64,000 bases of DNA, from contig JBHGNT010000011.1 of assembly GCA_043228905.1 (NCBI GenBank), positions 434,001 to 498,000 of the forward strand, in the 5' to 3' direction. Below, one piece after another: positions 12,497 to 23,044 of the stretch. Below the pieces are notes generated by a model that was not told where the DNA came from, searched no databases, and worked only from the letters and a program-made list of their open reading frames with translations. The translations under genes and the position numbers were made by a program. The number at the start of each line of letters is the position of its first letter. The stretch's first letter is position 1. The stretch is from Azolla caroliniana. Taxonomy: Eukaryota; Plantae; Polypodiophyta.

Positions 12497-13587
12497 TCAA
12501 ATCTATTCTCATGGCATGGGCTAGTAGGCTTAGTACTTAAGTTATTAGAAGTGATAGTAGAACTTGATGTAGGGTTGTCATGTGCACTTACTTGGTAAAC
12601 TTGACGCCTGGGTTTATGTGGACAATTCACAGCTATATGTCCTGGACCACCACAGTAGAGGCATAGGCGATGCGCCCGACGTCGTTGTTTCTCAGCATCT
12701 GATAAGGGCCCTCGACGTTGTGTCGACTCTATTTCCATCGGAGTGGGACCATCCCTCGTAACGGGTCTAGAACCTTGTGGCGGTGTGGCGACTATAGAAG
12801 CGTATGTCTGTTCCGGTTGGCGGCGTAACATTTGTTGACGTTCAGAACGTCGCTCAAATAGGCGATTATCACATCGCACAGCTCGGCTAATAGCTTCAGT
12901 AAGAGACTTTGGATCTTCATGGAAAGTAAGAAGAAGATCTTTGACATCGTTACGCAAACCCTCACGGAATTGATCCATTAAGGCTGCCTCATCCCAAGGG
13001 ATGTCGCATGCCAAGAGACGGAAATCTGCGGCATAAGCTGAAGCGGGACGATCTCCTTGTCGGAGTCTTCGAATCTTGTTTATTGCAGTCCTAGTGCTAT
13101 CCGTATCTCCAAAACTAGCTTGAAACTCCTTAACGAATGCCTCGAAATCCTCCAGTAATGGTGATTTCTTCTCAAGAAGTGGTGCAAACCATGCTAACGC
13201 TGTACCGCTTAGCAAGGTTCCTATTAATCCCACACGGGCAGCATCAGTTGGATACCGATTGGGATGTAACTGAATCACCAAACGAACTTGATTCAGGAAA
13301 CCTCGAAAGAGAGATCTGGTACCATCAAACTTGGCAGGGAGGCTAATCTTTGGTTCCCTTGGGGAGTTTTGAACCCCCGCCGCTTGTTCTCGTAATGTTA
13401 ATATAGTAGCCTCAAGTTGATGAACCCGTTGTGATAACTCCTCATATTGATGAGCTTTCTCAGTACTGACTTGTTGAAGATCCCCGAGTAGCCTTTGATT
13501 TTCTTGCTCTAATGCCACAAACTTAGTGGTGAGCATATCGAGCTCCGAAAGGACACGCATATACTCTTGCTTGCTGACCGACTCCAT
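12460..13587 (-). CDS. gag: Chromovirus Gag (coiled coil, capsid, CCHC zinc knuckle)
   Basis: 375 aa with PAKFDG, LRQG and CLYCGGPGHIAVNCP; PEG10/Ty3-like gag layout. Confidence 0.95.
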   Translation of the reverse strand: MESVSKQEYMRVLSELDMLTTKFVALEQENQRLLGDLQQVSTEKAHQYEELSQRVHQLEATILTLREQAAGVQNSPREPKISLPAKFDGTRSLFRGFLNQVRLVIQLHPNRYPTDAARVGLIGTLLSGTALAWFAPLLEKKSPLLEDFEAFVKEFQASFGDTDSTRTAINKIRRLRQGDRPASAYAADFRLLACDIPWDEAALMDQFREGLRNDVKDLLLTFHEDPKSLTEAISRAVRCDNRLFERRSERQQMLRRQPEQTYASIVATPPQGSRPVTRDGPTPMEIESTQRRGPLSDAEKQRRRAHRLCLYCGGPGHIAVNCPHKPRRQVYQVSAHDNPTSSSTITSNNLSTKPTSPCHENRFDVLSQLEDVLNE

Positions 13588-13659
13588 AACCGCGGGGGAA
13601 AAAGAAAGAAGGATAAAGAAGAAAGCTTGCTAGAGTTATTGGAGAAAGGGAAAAGAAAT

Positions 13660-13670
13660 ATTCGGTTCAA
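13660..13670 (-). promoter_or_regulatory. Self-priming-type primer binding site (TTGAACCGAAT), not tRNA-complementary
   Basis: Lies 2 nt after the 5' LTR; it is the exact reverse complement of ATTCGGTTCAA at 13911-13901 in the LTR, 33 nt downstream of the TATA box. Confidence 0.8.
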
Positions 13671-13959
13671 ACTGTCGTGACTCTTGAGTAGGAAGCAGAG
13701 AGAGAGAGCGATGGCGATAGAGATAACGATAACGATAGAGATGGCGAGAGCGGTAGAGATAGCGATAGTGATAGAAAGAGAGTGAAAGAGGGAGAGAGTG
13801 CGAGAGAGAGAAAAGTATAAGTGAGAGATAAGAAATGGGAATGCGATTATATTATGAGAAAGAAGATTACAAGGAGTAGGCTAAGGGCTAAAGACTGGTG
13901 TTGAACCGAATGAGTTGTGATGAGTGTATGGACTCTTATTTATAGGCCCTTATGGAGTA

Positions 13960-14060
13960 TTCTAGAATGTTCTAGAATATTTTAGATATTTATGAATAAT
14001 AATAATAATAAATATAATCATGAAATATTCAAGAACATTCTAGAATAATCTAGAATGTTC
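13960..14060. promoter_or_regulatory. Two heat-shock-element arrays (alternating nTTCn/nGAAn) in chromovirus U3
   Basis: TTC-ta-GAA-tg-TTC-ta-GAA at 13960-13977; TTC-aa-GAA-ca-TTC-ta-GAA-ta-aTC-ta-GAA-tg-TTC at 14028-14060. The same arrays occur at 8577-8594 and 8645-8677 and in the copy 2 LTR. Confidence 0.7.
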
Positions 14061-14115
14061 TAAATATCTCGTAATAACTAAACATATAATTATTATGATT
14101 ACATCTCACATATGT

Positions 14116-14179
14116 TATTACAATGGTTAAAGTACAATATATAAACCAAGAGGTTATGGGTTCGATTCCTGGTTCGCCA
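14116..14179 (+). promoter_or_regulatory. tRNA-like Pol III A/B-box module inside the chromovirus LTR (antisense to the element)
   Basis: A-like TATTACAATGG at 14116; B box GGTTCGATTCC at 14159-14169; 43-nt spacing; followed by ...TTCGCCA. Confidence 0.5.
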
Positions 14180-14226
14180 AGATGAATGTCATGATAAGCC
14201 AAGATGTATGTCTTCATGACACCTAT

Positions 14227-15037
14227 GGCCTTTCTTGCCAAAGTACTAGCACTCTGTGATGGACTTCCCTTGCCGGTTCTCATCGCTTCGACTCCCCCTG
14301 TTTCCGAAGTGTCCGGAGTTGGTGTCGGCATCACTTCTGTGCCTTCTTCCTTGATCTCGTCGGCCGCCTCCATTGCGCACCGACTCGCCTCGTCCTCCAC
14401 GTCCACGGGGCCTATCTCCCTTCGTGTACAACATTCTGCTATCAACGTGCGTGCTTGTAGACGCACTCGCGTGGTTCTCCTCTACCAGGAGCATCGACTG
14501 TAAGTCGAAAAACGATGGCGTATTCTTCCGGGTACACATAGCCGTTCGGAACGCTCCAAACTTCGATGCCAAACCTCCGAGATAGATCTGGACCATCTCG
14601 CTCTCCTCGATGTTTACCTCTATGGAGGCGAGGGAGTCGCAGATATCGTTGATCTTCGAGGTATAGTCCGCCACCGACAAGTTGCATTGTTGTAGGTTGC
14701 TCAACTCCTGTCAGAGCTGAAGCTTCGTGGTTGTGGTGCTCGCGGCGAAAATCTTCTTCAGATTTTCCCACGCACCCTTCGGCGTCTTTGCATCCCGAAC
14801 ATAGCTCAATAGTTGTTCGTCCACACACGGTGCGAAGCAGTACAATACCTTGCTCGCCGATTGCTCCCATGACGGGAAGTCTCTGTGTGTCGATTCGGGT
14901 GCCGCGTCATTAGCTCCTTCGACATAACTCCAGTAGCCGTGCCCGAGCAGGTACTGGTGCATCTTGTAGGACCAAGACGCGTAGTTGGTTCTGTCGAGCT
15001 TCTCTGTTGGAAGCGAGCTCGCCATGCCTCTATCCAT
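14227..15037 (-). pseudogene. B1 gag remnant
   Basis: ORFs 14711..15037 (EKLDRTNYASWSYKM) and 14246..14704; Copia gag layout. Confidence 0.88.
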
Positions 15038-15097
15038 CGTTCTTCTCGTTCTTCTTCGTCAAGTTGTGTCGGCTGCAAAGAGGTTCTCAACCCTCGC

Positions 15098-15109
15098 GCT
15101 CTGATACCA
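15098..15109 (-). promoter_or_regulatory. B1 PBS complementary to tRNA-iMet (TGGTATCAGAGC)
   Basis: Directly abuts the LTR end. Confidence 0.95.
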
Positions 15110-15389
15110 TGTAAAAAGTAGCGTGCGGAAGCAAGTATGAAGACAGAACAAAAGGAAGAACACTCAGGTTTAATGGAGAGCTTGAGCTTACACGGTATAC
15201 GCGGGAGAGACTGAGAGATTGAGAGAGAAGATACAAAAAGCTATATTCAACAAATAATACTCAGTCTGTATATAAGACGTGCTCAATGAACACTTTTATA
15301 CAAGTCCTTGAAGGACTGACCAAAGTACTGACAGTACTTCAATGCGCATCAAGAGCTCCAACACTAACTCCCAAATATATTACTCACGG

Positions 15390-16000
15390 TGTCGTGAAGA
15401 ATTTCGGCCAGAGGCGGAAACTGGGAAACATTGGCTACATCGGCGGGGTCAGCGTGTGTACGCACCCATGTACATTTAGTGTGAATATCGAGGGCGCCTT
15501 TATAGCGTCGAAGAGTAGTCAAGTCGGGACAGACGATCCCATGTAAGTCGGGATTTATCCCACATTGTAACGCATCCCTTTCCTTGTTCTATAAAAGGAA
15601 GGGAACGCCCTTTGTGAAAGGGTTGCCCATTTTGCATTAGAGGGTATATCGTTAGCTTTAGAGTTAGTTTCTTCTTCTTCTTCTCCTTCGTGTTCGCTTA
15701 GGGTTTGCTTCAGCTCATCTCTTGCGCAAGACCCCGCTCGGCGCGATGAGCCCGTGAGCTCCCCGACGGTGGCTTGGTAGCTCACGACTACTGTAACCTA
15801 CCTTGGACCGGCTCGATGCCGGGAATGTATTCTTCTTTATATATATATATATACATATATGTTTGCGTCTGTCTGTGTATATTCACATCTTCGTTGGTGT
15901 CAGGTGCTTCCCCTTTCCTTCATCTCCTGTACTTAAGGGTGTGAGTCGGGTTGGCCTGTGTGTGTGCGTGTGTGAGTGTGTGTGCGTGTGTCGGTGTTAA

Positions 16001-16048
<48 letters not shown>

Positions 16049-16164
16049 GTTGCTTCCGAGATGCCCCAGAAACAGTGAAGGACGACCTCCCACGCTCCGT
16101 CACTCCCTAGTCCAAGACCCCCGTGGTCCCGCCTTTCTCCACGCACGCGCGTAACAACGCGACA
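15390..16164 (+). mobile_element. Solo LTR related to element A, inserted in the B1 5' LTR
   Basis: TGTCGTGAAG...CGCGACA; 4-bp TSD ACGG (15386-15389 and 16165-16168). Shares termini and CTAGTCCAAGACC...GTGGTCC with the A LTR; contains (TG)n and (CT)n tracts. Confidence 0.88.
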
Positions 16165-17077
16165 ACGGAATATCTTTCCTAACGACCTCCCGGTTTACGC
16201 ACTCGGCCTAACCGATCGGTCCCAACCGATCCGGTCCTCGGCTTCTTCAGCTGATCCGGCCGATGTTGAGCTTGTCTCTCAACATCCATCCTATCCACAA
16301 CGTCCACCGTGTGTCCTCGAACCACCGACTCCATCCGATCCGCCATATTCGATGTTCGCACCTTCCTCCACGATCGGTCCTCCCGTACGCCATTACTGAT
16401 TCGGTCGCTCCGCCTTCATCCGCCGCGTATGCCCTTTGGTTACGCTCCTGATCTTTCCGGTCACATGCCGGATTCCGCCCTTTGAGTGCCGCATATGTCC
16501 CTCCTTTGGCTCTATCAACTCCGCATGTTGAACACCTCGACGTGCCGACTTTCTCCACCTCGTGCTTGCCTTCCGTAGGCCCGTCCCGTGTGTCGATGTT
16601 CTCTTCCGAATACGCGCTCATTCCTTGGTCCTTAGGCGACCCCATTACGCGCTCCTTGCTTCTCCCTTGCTCACTATGCTCTCTTGCGGTAGAGCATACC
16701 ATTATCCCGGCCTCTCACCGATCCGTACTCGTCAAGCCCGGTTAGCCTCCTTGCCCTCACGAGCTTGCACTCGCTGTCGTCACCCGTATGCCTTGACCTC
16801 CAATCATGCCTGCGTAGCCCTCGCCCGGATCGGTCTCAACCGATCGGGTTCCAGTTCTCTTTCGCAATCATCACCGGCCGGTACGCATTTACCCGAACAA
16901 ATATGGCATTGCCGGCTCTTCTCCGGTTTGGATCCAGTTGACCGGCCCTTGCTCCATTCTTCTTTCACTTCGCCTTTCGGTCGGGTCGGATTACCGGCCG
17001 TGTCGTCTTTCGGTCGGGTCGGTTCCCGACTCTCTCCTCTTTGCTGCTCTGGGCCTCTCCGTCAGACCCTTCGTATA

Positions 17078-20000
17078 TGTAAAAGTAGCGTGCGGAAGCA
17101 AGTATGAAGACCAAACAGAAGGAAGAAAACTTAGGTTTAATGGAGAGCTTGAGCTTACGCAGCATACGCGGGATAGACAGAGAGAGTGAGAGAGAGAAAA
17201 CACAAGAACTATATTCAACAAAAAGATAATCAATCTCTATTCACCGCTCTATACATACGTGTGTTCAATGGACACTTTTATACAAGTCCTAGAAGGACTG
17301 ACCGAAGTACTGACAGTACTTCAATGCTTATGAAGAGGCTTGGTGAAGATGTCGGCAGTCTGCCGATCCGTTGGAACGTACTGAAGTTCGACTTCACCGG
17401 AAAGGACACGCTCACGGACGAAATGGTAGTGCACCTCACTGTGCTTGGTCCGTGCATGGAAAACGGGATTTTTCGCGAGCTGGATGCTGCTGAGGTTGTC
17501 GCAGTAGATCATCGTCGGATCTGATACCTCCTCTTGCAGGTCCTTAAGTAGCCGCTTCAACCATATGGCTTCGCATGTCGCGACAGCCGCTCCTCGGTAC
17601 TCCGCTTTGGTGCTCGACAATGCAACTGTCGGCTGCTTCTTACTGCTCCACGCGATCACGGCACTCCCAAGGGAGAACGCGTATCCAGACGTGGATCGAC
17701 GATCGGCGGTGTTGCCAGCCCAATCAACATTGGTGTAGCCGACTAACTACGCGGTTGCACCAGTCCGATATAGCAGTCCCCGGTCCGTAGTGCCGTTGAC
17801 ATACCGAAGTATGCGTTGCGCACACTGAAGGTGCTCCTCGGTAGGTCGCACCATGAACTGACTGATCACTCCGACCGGATAACTGAGGTCGGGTTGGGTG
17901 ATGGTCAAGTATATGAGGCTACCGACAATTTGTCGGAACCTCGTCGGGTCGCATACCTTTCCAGTATCGGGACGAAGCTTGACGGTTCTGTCCAGAGGAG
18001 TCGAGACGGACTTACAGTCGGCCATCCCGAGTTTGAAGAGCATACCCAGCACGTAATGTCGTTGGCTGATCAATATGCCTTCGGGGGTACGGATCACTTC
18101 GATCCCGAGGAAGTCATGAAGGTCCCCCAGATCCTTGATGTCGAACGATGCCGCAAGCTGGAGCTTCACGCGGTCGATTTCACCTAGGTCAGCGCCGGTG
18201 ATGACCAAGTCATCAACATATAATAAAATACTAACCGGTCCGAGTTGACCTTTCCGGATGAACAGGGAAGAGTCCGATTTTGACGTGACGAAGCCCATCC
18301 GACGTAGTTGTTGCGTGATCTTCGTGTTCTAGGCACGCGGGGCTTGCTTGAGTCCGTAAAGGGACTTCTTCAGTCGGCATACTGCCGAGGAGTTCGTTCC
18401 GGAGTGAAATCCGGGGGGCTCTACCATGTACAGCTGTTCCTCAAGGTCACCTTGCAGGAATGCATTCTTTACATCCATCTGATGTAAGTGCCATCCCCTC
18501 ACCGCAGCTACTGCGAGCAAAACACGGACGGTCTTCATTTTCGCGACCGATGCAAACGTCTAATCGTAGTCGATGCCGTGTTTCTGCGCGTAGCCCTTTG
18601 CCACTAGCCGAGCCTTGTACCGGTTGACCAAGCACTCGGTGTTGTACTTGACCTTGTACAACCACCTACACCCGATCGGTTTTACCCCGCTTGGTGCGTC
18701 AACCAGGTCCCAGATCTCGTTCTCCGCCAATGCGTGCATCTCTTTCTCCATCGCGGCACGCCAATTCGCGTCCTTCGCCGCCTTTGTGTAGCTCTCCGGC
18801 TCATGCACTTCAGCTATACGGGTAATGTACACATAATGATGCGCCATGTACTCGTTGTATCCGAACCGCAAAACAGGGTTCTTATGGCGGGTAGATCGGC
18901 GTAATCTCACATTAGCCGATGTCGAGGCCTTCTCGTTCGACGCGGACTTCACCTTTAAAGACCCGTCACCGGTTCCCTCAGAGTCGGGCTCGCGTTGGTC
19001 TGACTCGTTCCTACCCATGCCGGAATCCGGCACCTTCTTGTTCCCTTTCTCTTTGCGCGTAAGCCGTCTCCTCGGCTTCCTACGCAGGGAATGCACGACC
19101 GAGTCTCCACTACTCGCCGGCTCTTCATCAAACTGATCATACTGACTCAGTCGTCCAATCGGTCCACTTAAACGGAGTGAAATCCGGCTCTCTTCGCGGG
19201 TCTCGATTTCGGGCTCATCCAGAGGCATCTCGGCCTCACTTACCTCATCGTCAGAACTCGGATTGGAGTCGAGGTTCGGAGTTGGGGGCTAATACCAGGA
19301 TGCAGACTCGTCAAACACAACGTCGCGGCTAACACGCACTTGTTTGGTGCGAGGGTTATAGCACTTATAACCCTTCTACTCGTCCGAGTAACCGACCAAG
19401 ATGCACTTCTCGGCCATTGCGTCCAGCTTCATCCTTTTCTCCTTCGGTACATGCACATACGCAATGCTACCGAACACCCTCAAGTGTCGCAAGTTTGGAA
19501 ATATAGCTCGTACGCCGACACTTTGTCTCCGATCCAGTTCTGGATGTATACCGCGGTCCTTACCGCCTCGGCCCAGTAGAACTTGGGGAAGCTCTTCTCC
19601 TCCAGCATTGCCGATGCCGCTTCCACAACTGACCGATTCTTCCTCTCAGCCACGCCGTTTTGCTTTGGCGTGTATCTACAACTAAATTCGCGCCGAATTC
19701 CCATTTGTTGTAGATAACCGTTGAATTGACCAGAAAAGTACTCTTTCCCGCCATCCGACCGCAGGCACCTGATATTTCGTCCCATTTCCATTTCCACGAA
19801 CCCTTTGAGGTCCCGAAAACTGTCGAACACTCCGCTCTTCCTCTCAATGAGGTAGATCCACGTGTGCCGCGTGTGATCATCGATGAAGGAGACGAAATAT
19901 CGCCTCCTGCCAAGACTAACGTTTTGTGCTGGCCCCCATACATCGGAGTGTATAAGGTCGAGCTTTTTCCGGCTCCGGTTTCGCTCGTTGGGGAAAGGAA

Positions 20001-21690
20001 GTCGGTGTTGCTTCCCGAGTTGGCAGGCTTCACAAATTTGTGCCTTTCGGTCACTAAATTTGGGCAATCCGAACACTACCTGTTTCGATTGCAGATCTTG
20101 AAGCCGTGGGTAGTTGACGTGGCCTATCCGCTTGTGCCACAAGTTGATGTCCGACTCAGATTTTTGTCCCTTCGCGAACATTGCGGTGCCGCCGTCAGTG
20201 GAATCGAGGATGAACATCCTCCCGTCTCTGCGCCCTTGCGCAATCACACGGCCTTCTTCCTCAATGAAGCACCCGAGGTGTGTAAACCGAACCTCCATCC
20301 CTTGGTCGACAATTTGTCCGATCTAGACCAAGTTCTTCGTGATTGTCGGAACGTGCAACACATTCATGAGTGTCCCTTTCTGCCCGACATGGCTAAGGGG
20401 AACTTCTCCGACATTCGCTATCGGATGCGGAGTGTCGTCTCCAGTTGCAACTACTCTAGGTTGTATCGGTTTTTCAAGGTACGAGAACCACTCCTTATGG
20501 CTCGTCATGTGGTTTGATGCGCCGGAGTCTACGTACCACACCTCGTCCGACCTCGGGGTCGTCCCTTTCATTGAGTTTGCTTCGTGTCTCGTCACGAAGG
20601 CAGATCCTTCTCCGGCTCTCCCGGAGTCTTCGGCGTAGTGCGATCACTGCCGATTTCCCTTGTCGGTATGTCCAGAGCCGTTTTCGGAACCGGTTCTCTC
20701 CGAATCGGCGCGCTTCTTCCAGCACTCACTTTCCCTGTGGCCTTTCTTGCCACAGTACTAGCACTCCGCAATGGCCTTCCCTTGCTGGTTCTCATTGCTT
20801 CGACTCCCCTTGTTTCGGGAGGGTCCGGAGTTGGTGTCGGCATCACTTCTGTGCCTTCTTCCTTGATCTCGTCAGCCGCCTCCATTGCGCACCGACTCGC
20901 CTCATCCTCCACGTCCACGGGGGCTATCTCCCTCCGTGTACAGCATTCTACTGTCGGTTTGCGTGCTTGTAGACGCACCCGCGTGGTTCTCCTCTACCAG
21001 GAGCATCGGGTGTGTCGATTCGGGTGCCGCGTCATTAGCTCCTTCGACATAACTCCAGTAGACGTGCCCGAGCAGCTACTGGTGCATCTTGTAGGACCAA
21101 GACACGTAGTTGGTTTTGTCGAGCTTCTCTGTTGGAAGCTAGCTCGCCATGCCTCTATCCATCGTTCTTCTTGTTCTTCTTCGTCAAGCTCTGTCGGTTG
21201 CAAAGAGGTTCTCAACCCTCGCGCTCTGATACCATGTAAAAGTAGCATGCGGAAACAAGTATGAAGACCGAACAGAAGGAAGAAAACTCAAGTTTAATGG
21301 AGAGCTTGAGCTTACGCAGTATACGCGGGAGAGACAGAGAGAGTGAGAGAGAGAAAACACAAGAACTATATTCAACAAAAAGATAATCAATCTCTATTCA
21401 CCGCTCTATACATATGTGTGTTGAATGGACACTTTTATACAAGGCCTAGAAGGACTGACCGAAGTACTGATAGTACTTCAATGCTTATTAAGAGCTCCTA
21501 CACTAACTCCCAAATATATTCCTCACGTAATATCTTTCCTAACGGCCTCCCGGTTTACGCACCGATCCGGCCCTACCTATGCACCGGTCTGCGTACCGGT
21601 TTACGCATTCGGCCTAACGGATCGGTCCCAACCGATCGGGTCCTCGGCCTCTTCAGCCAATCCGGCCGATGTTGAGCTTGTCTCTAAACA
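17078..21690 (-). mobile_element. Ty1/Copia element B2 (same family as B1) with internal deletions
   Basis: TSD GTATA (17073-17077 and 21691-21695); 5' LTR 21235-21690; PBS-iMet 21223-21234; 3' LTR truncated and fused to RNase H near 17335; gag deletion near 21010. Confidence 0.93.
17321..21162 (-). pseudogene. B2 gag-pol remnant
   Basis: ORFs 20323..20595 (WYVDSGAS), 19480..20298 (integrase), 18560..19228, 17747..18298 (YVDD) and 17321..17659 (RH); near-identical to B1. Confidence 0.92.
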
Positions 21691-21768
21691 GTATACGCCC
21701 ATTCCGGGCCCCTCATCGTCTTCACATGTGCCTCCGCCCGCTACAATCGTCGTCCTTCTCTTGGTTGC

Positions 21769-22270
21769 CCGCCTTGCCGCCGCCACTGCCTATCGCTCTA
21801 AGTCTCATGCCAGCACTCAGGCCGGCCGCCGTAGCCTCTAGGGCCAGTGTGGGTGAGGACCCGGCACCGCCGCTCCTTGTGTCGAGGGGTCTTGCCTCCA
21901 CCTGCTACAATCGTCCTCCTCCTCTCGGTTGCCCGCCTTGCCGCCGCCACTGCCTATCGCTCTAGGTCTCATGCCGGCACTCAGGCCGGCCGCCGGAGCC
22001 TCTAGGGCCGGTGTGGGTGAGGACCTGGCACCGCCGCTCGTTGTGTCTGTAGCCGCCTCTGCTCAAACGTCGTTGTCCACGGCTACCCCGTCTCCGATTA
22101 CGCAAGCATCGAGTACGCTTGACACTTCCTTGTCCGCGCTCTCCTTGCCGTTATCTCGGTTGCCCGCCTTGCCGTCTCCACTGCCCGTCGCTCTAGGTCT
22201 CACGTTGGCACTCTGGTCGACCACCGGAGCCTCTAGGGCCGGTGTGGGTGAGGACCCGGCACCGCCGCTC
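21769..22270. repeat. Three imperfect GC-rich repeats (about 110-120 bp core) inside element A
   Basis: CCGCCTTGCCG...CGCTCTA.GTCTCA...GCCTCTAGGGCC.GTGTGGGTGAGGACC.GGCACCGCCGCTC starts near 21769, 21933 and 22164. Confidence 0.8.
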
Positions 22271-23044
22271 ATTTCGTCCATAGCCACCTCCATTCAGACA
22301 TCGTCGTTCGTGGCTAACTCGTCTTCGATTACGCAAGCATCGAGTACACTTGCCGCCTTCTCCGGGCCACCATGTCCCGAATCCTCCGTCCACTCTTGAA
22401 GTGGCACTCTCTATTCCGTAGTCACCAGCCTCATCGATGGCCGTCCTCGTTCCGCAAGACGAGAGGGTCACTTGCTCCGCACCCTCTCCCATGCCGCCAT
22501 CGTACACTCTTTCAGCCTCCGCGTAGGCCCCGTCATCCACCCATAGGGAGGCGTCTTCCTCTGCGTCCTCCGAATTGCTCGAGCCTGACTCCGCAATGAG
22601 CCCCCCTTCGGCTTCGATCTTTGGCCCCACAATGCCGCATGCCTCTCGTATTAACGCCTCTAGATCGAGTTCCGCCAAACCATAATGCGTTGGGCTTTCT
22701 TCCGGCGCTAGCGTGTAGCCGCTCGTCGTCCTCTCTTCTCCTCCGCTCGCGGGCCGTGTTGTGGACGACCGCATCTCATTGTGTCGTCAGCATACCCATT
22801 CCACTTCGGCCCACTCTTCGGTGAGACCGTGCACTCCATAATCATCTTGAAGCTCGAATAGGAGGTCCATCCTCTCCTCATGACGGACCGTCTTCAAAAA
22901 TAGGAGGACTTTGTCCGCCCCCACCGATCTCCATTCCCACTCCGAGAGTTGAGAGAAACGACGCTCGAACTCTCGGAATGCCTCCATTGCGCTCCGATGG
23001 TGCCTTGCCGACACCACCAATCGATCGAACTCTTGCCGGCCTTT

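Larger units (their letters stand above)
8288..14221 (-). mobile_element. Full-length Ty3/Gypsy chromovirus (Tcn1/Tf1-like), copy 1, young
   Basis: Near-identical LTRs 8288-8838 and 13673-14221 (TG...CA); 5-bp TSD CCTAT (8283-8287 and 14222-14226); PPT AAAAGGGGGGATAA next to the 3' LTR; open gag and pol. Confidence 0.97.
13673..14221 (-). repeat. Chromovirus copy 1 5' LTR with TATA box (13936-13944)
   Basis: Direct repeat of 8288-8838; TATAAATAA on the minus strand. Confidence 0.96.
4071..16284 (-). mobile_element. Ty1/Copia element B1, decayed; interrupted by chromovirus copy 1 and a solo LTR
   Basis: Partial 3' LTR 4071-4259; PPT 4260-4271; RNase H, RT (LLYVDDL), integrase, GAG-pre-integrase, protease (WYVDS) and gag in Copia order; tRNA-iMet PBS 15098-15109; 5' LTR 15110-16284. 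Confidence 0.93.

Noticed and set aside
14110-14180. Possible true tRNA genes here and at 48431-48502
   Set aside because: Acceptor and anticodon stems do not fold convincingly; reported only as A/B-box modules.
15957-16045. (TG)n and (CT)n microsatellites (also about 43645-43669, 60333-60364, and TTG/CTG at 40826-40870)
   Set aside because: Ordinary simple repeats within LTRs or low-complexity coding sequence.
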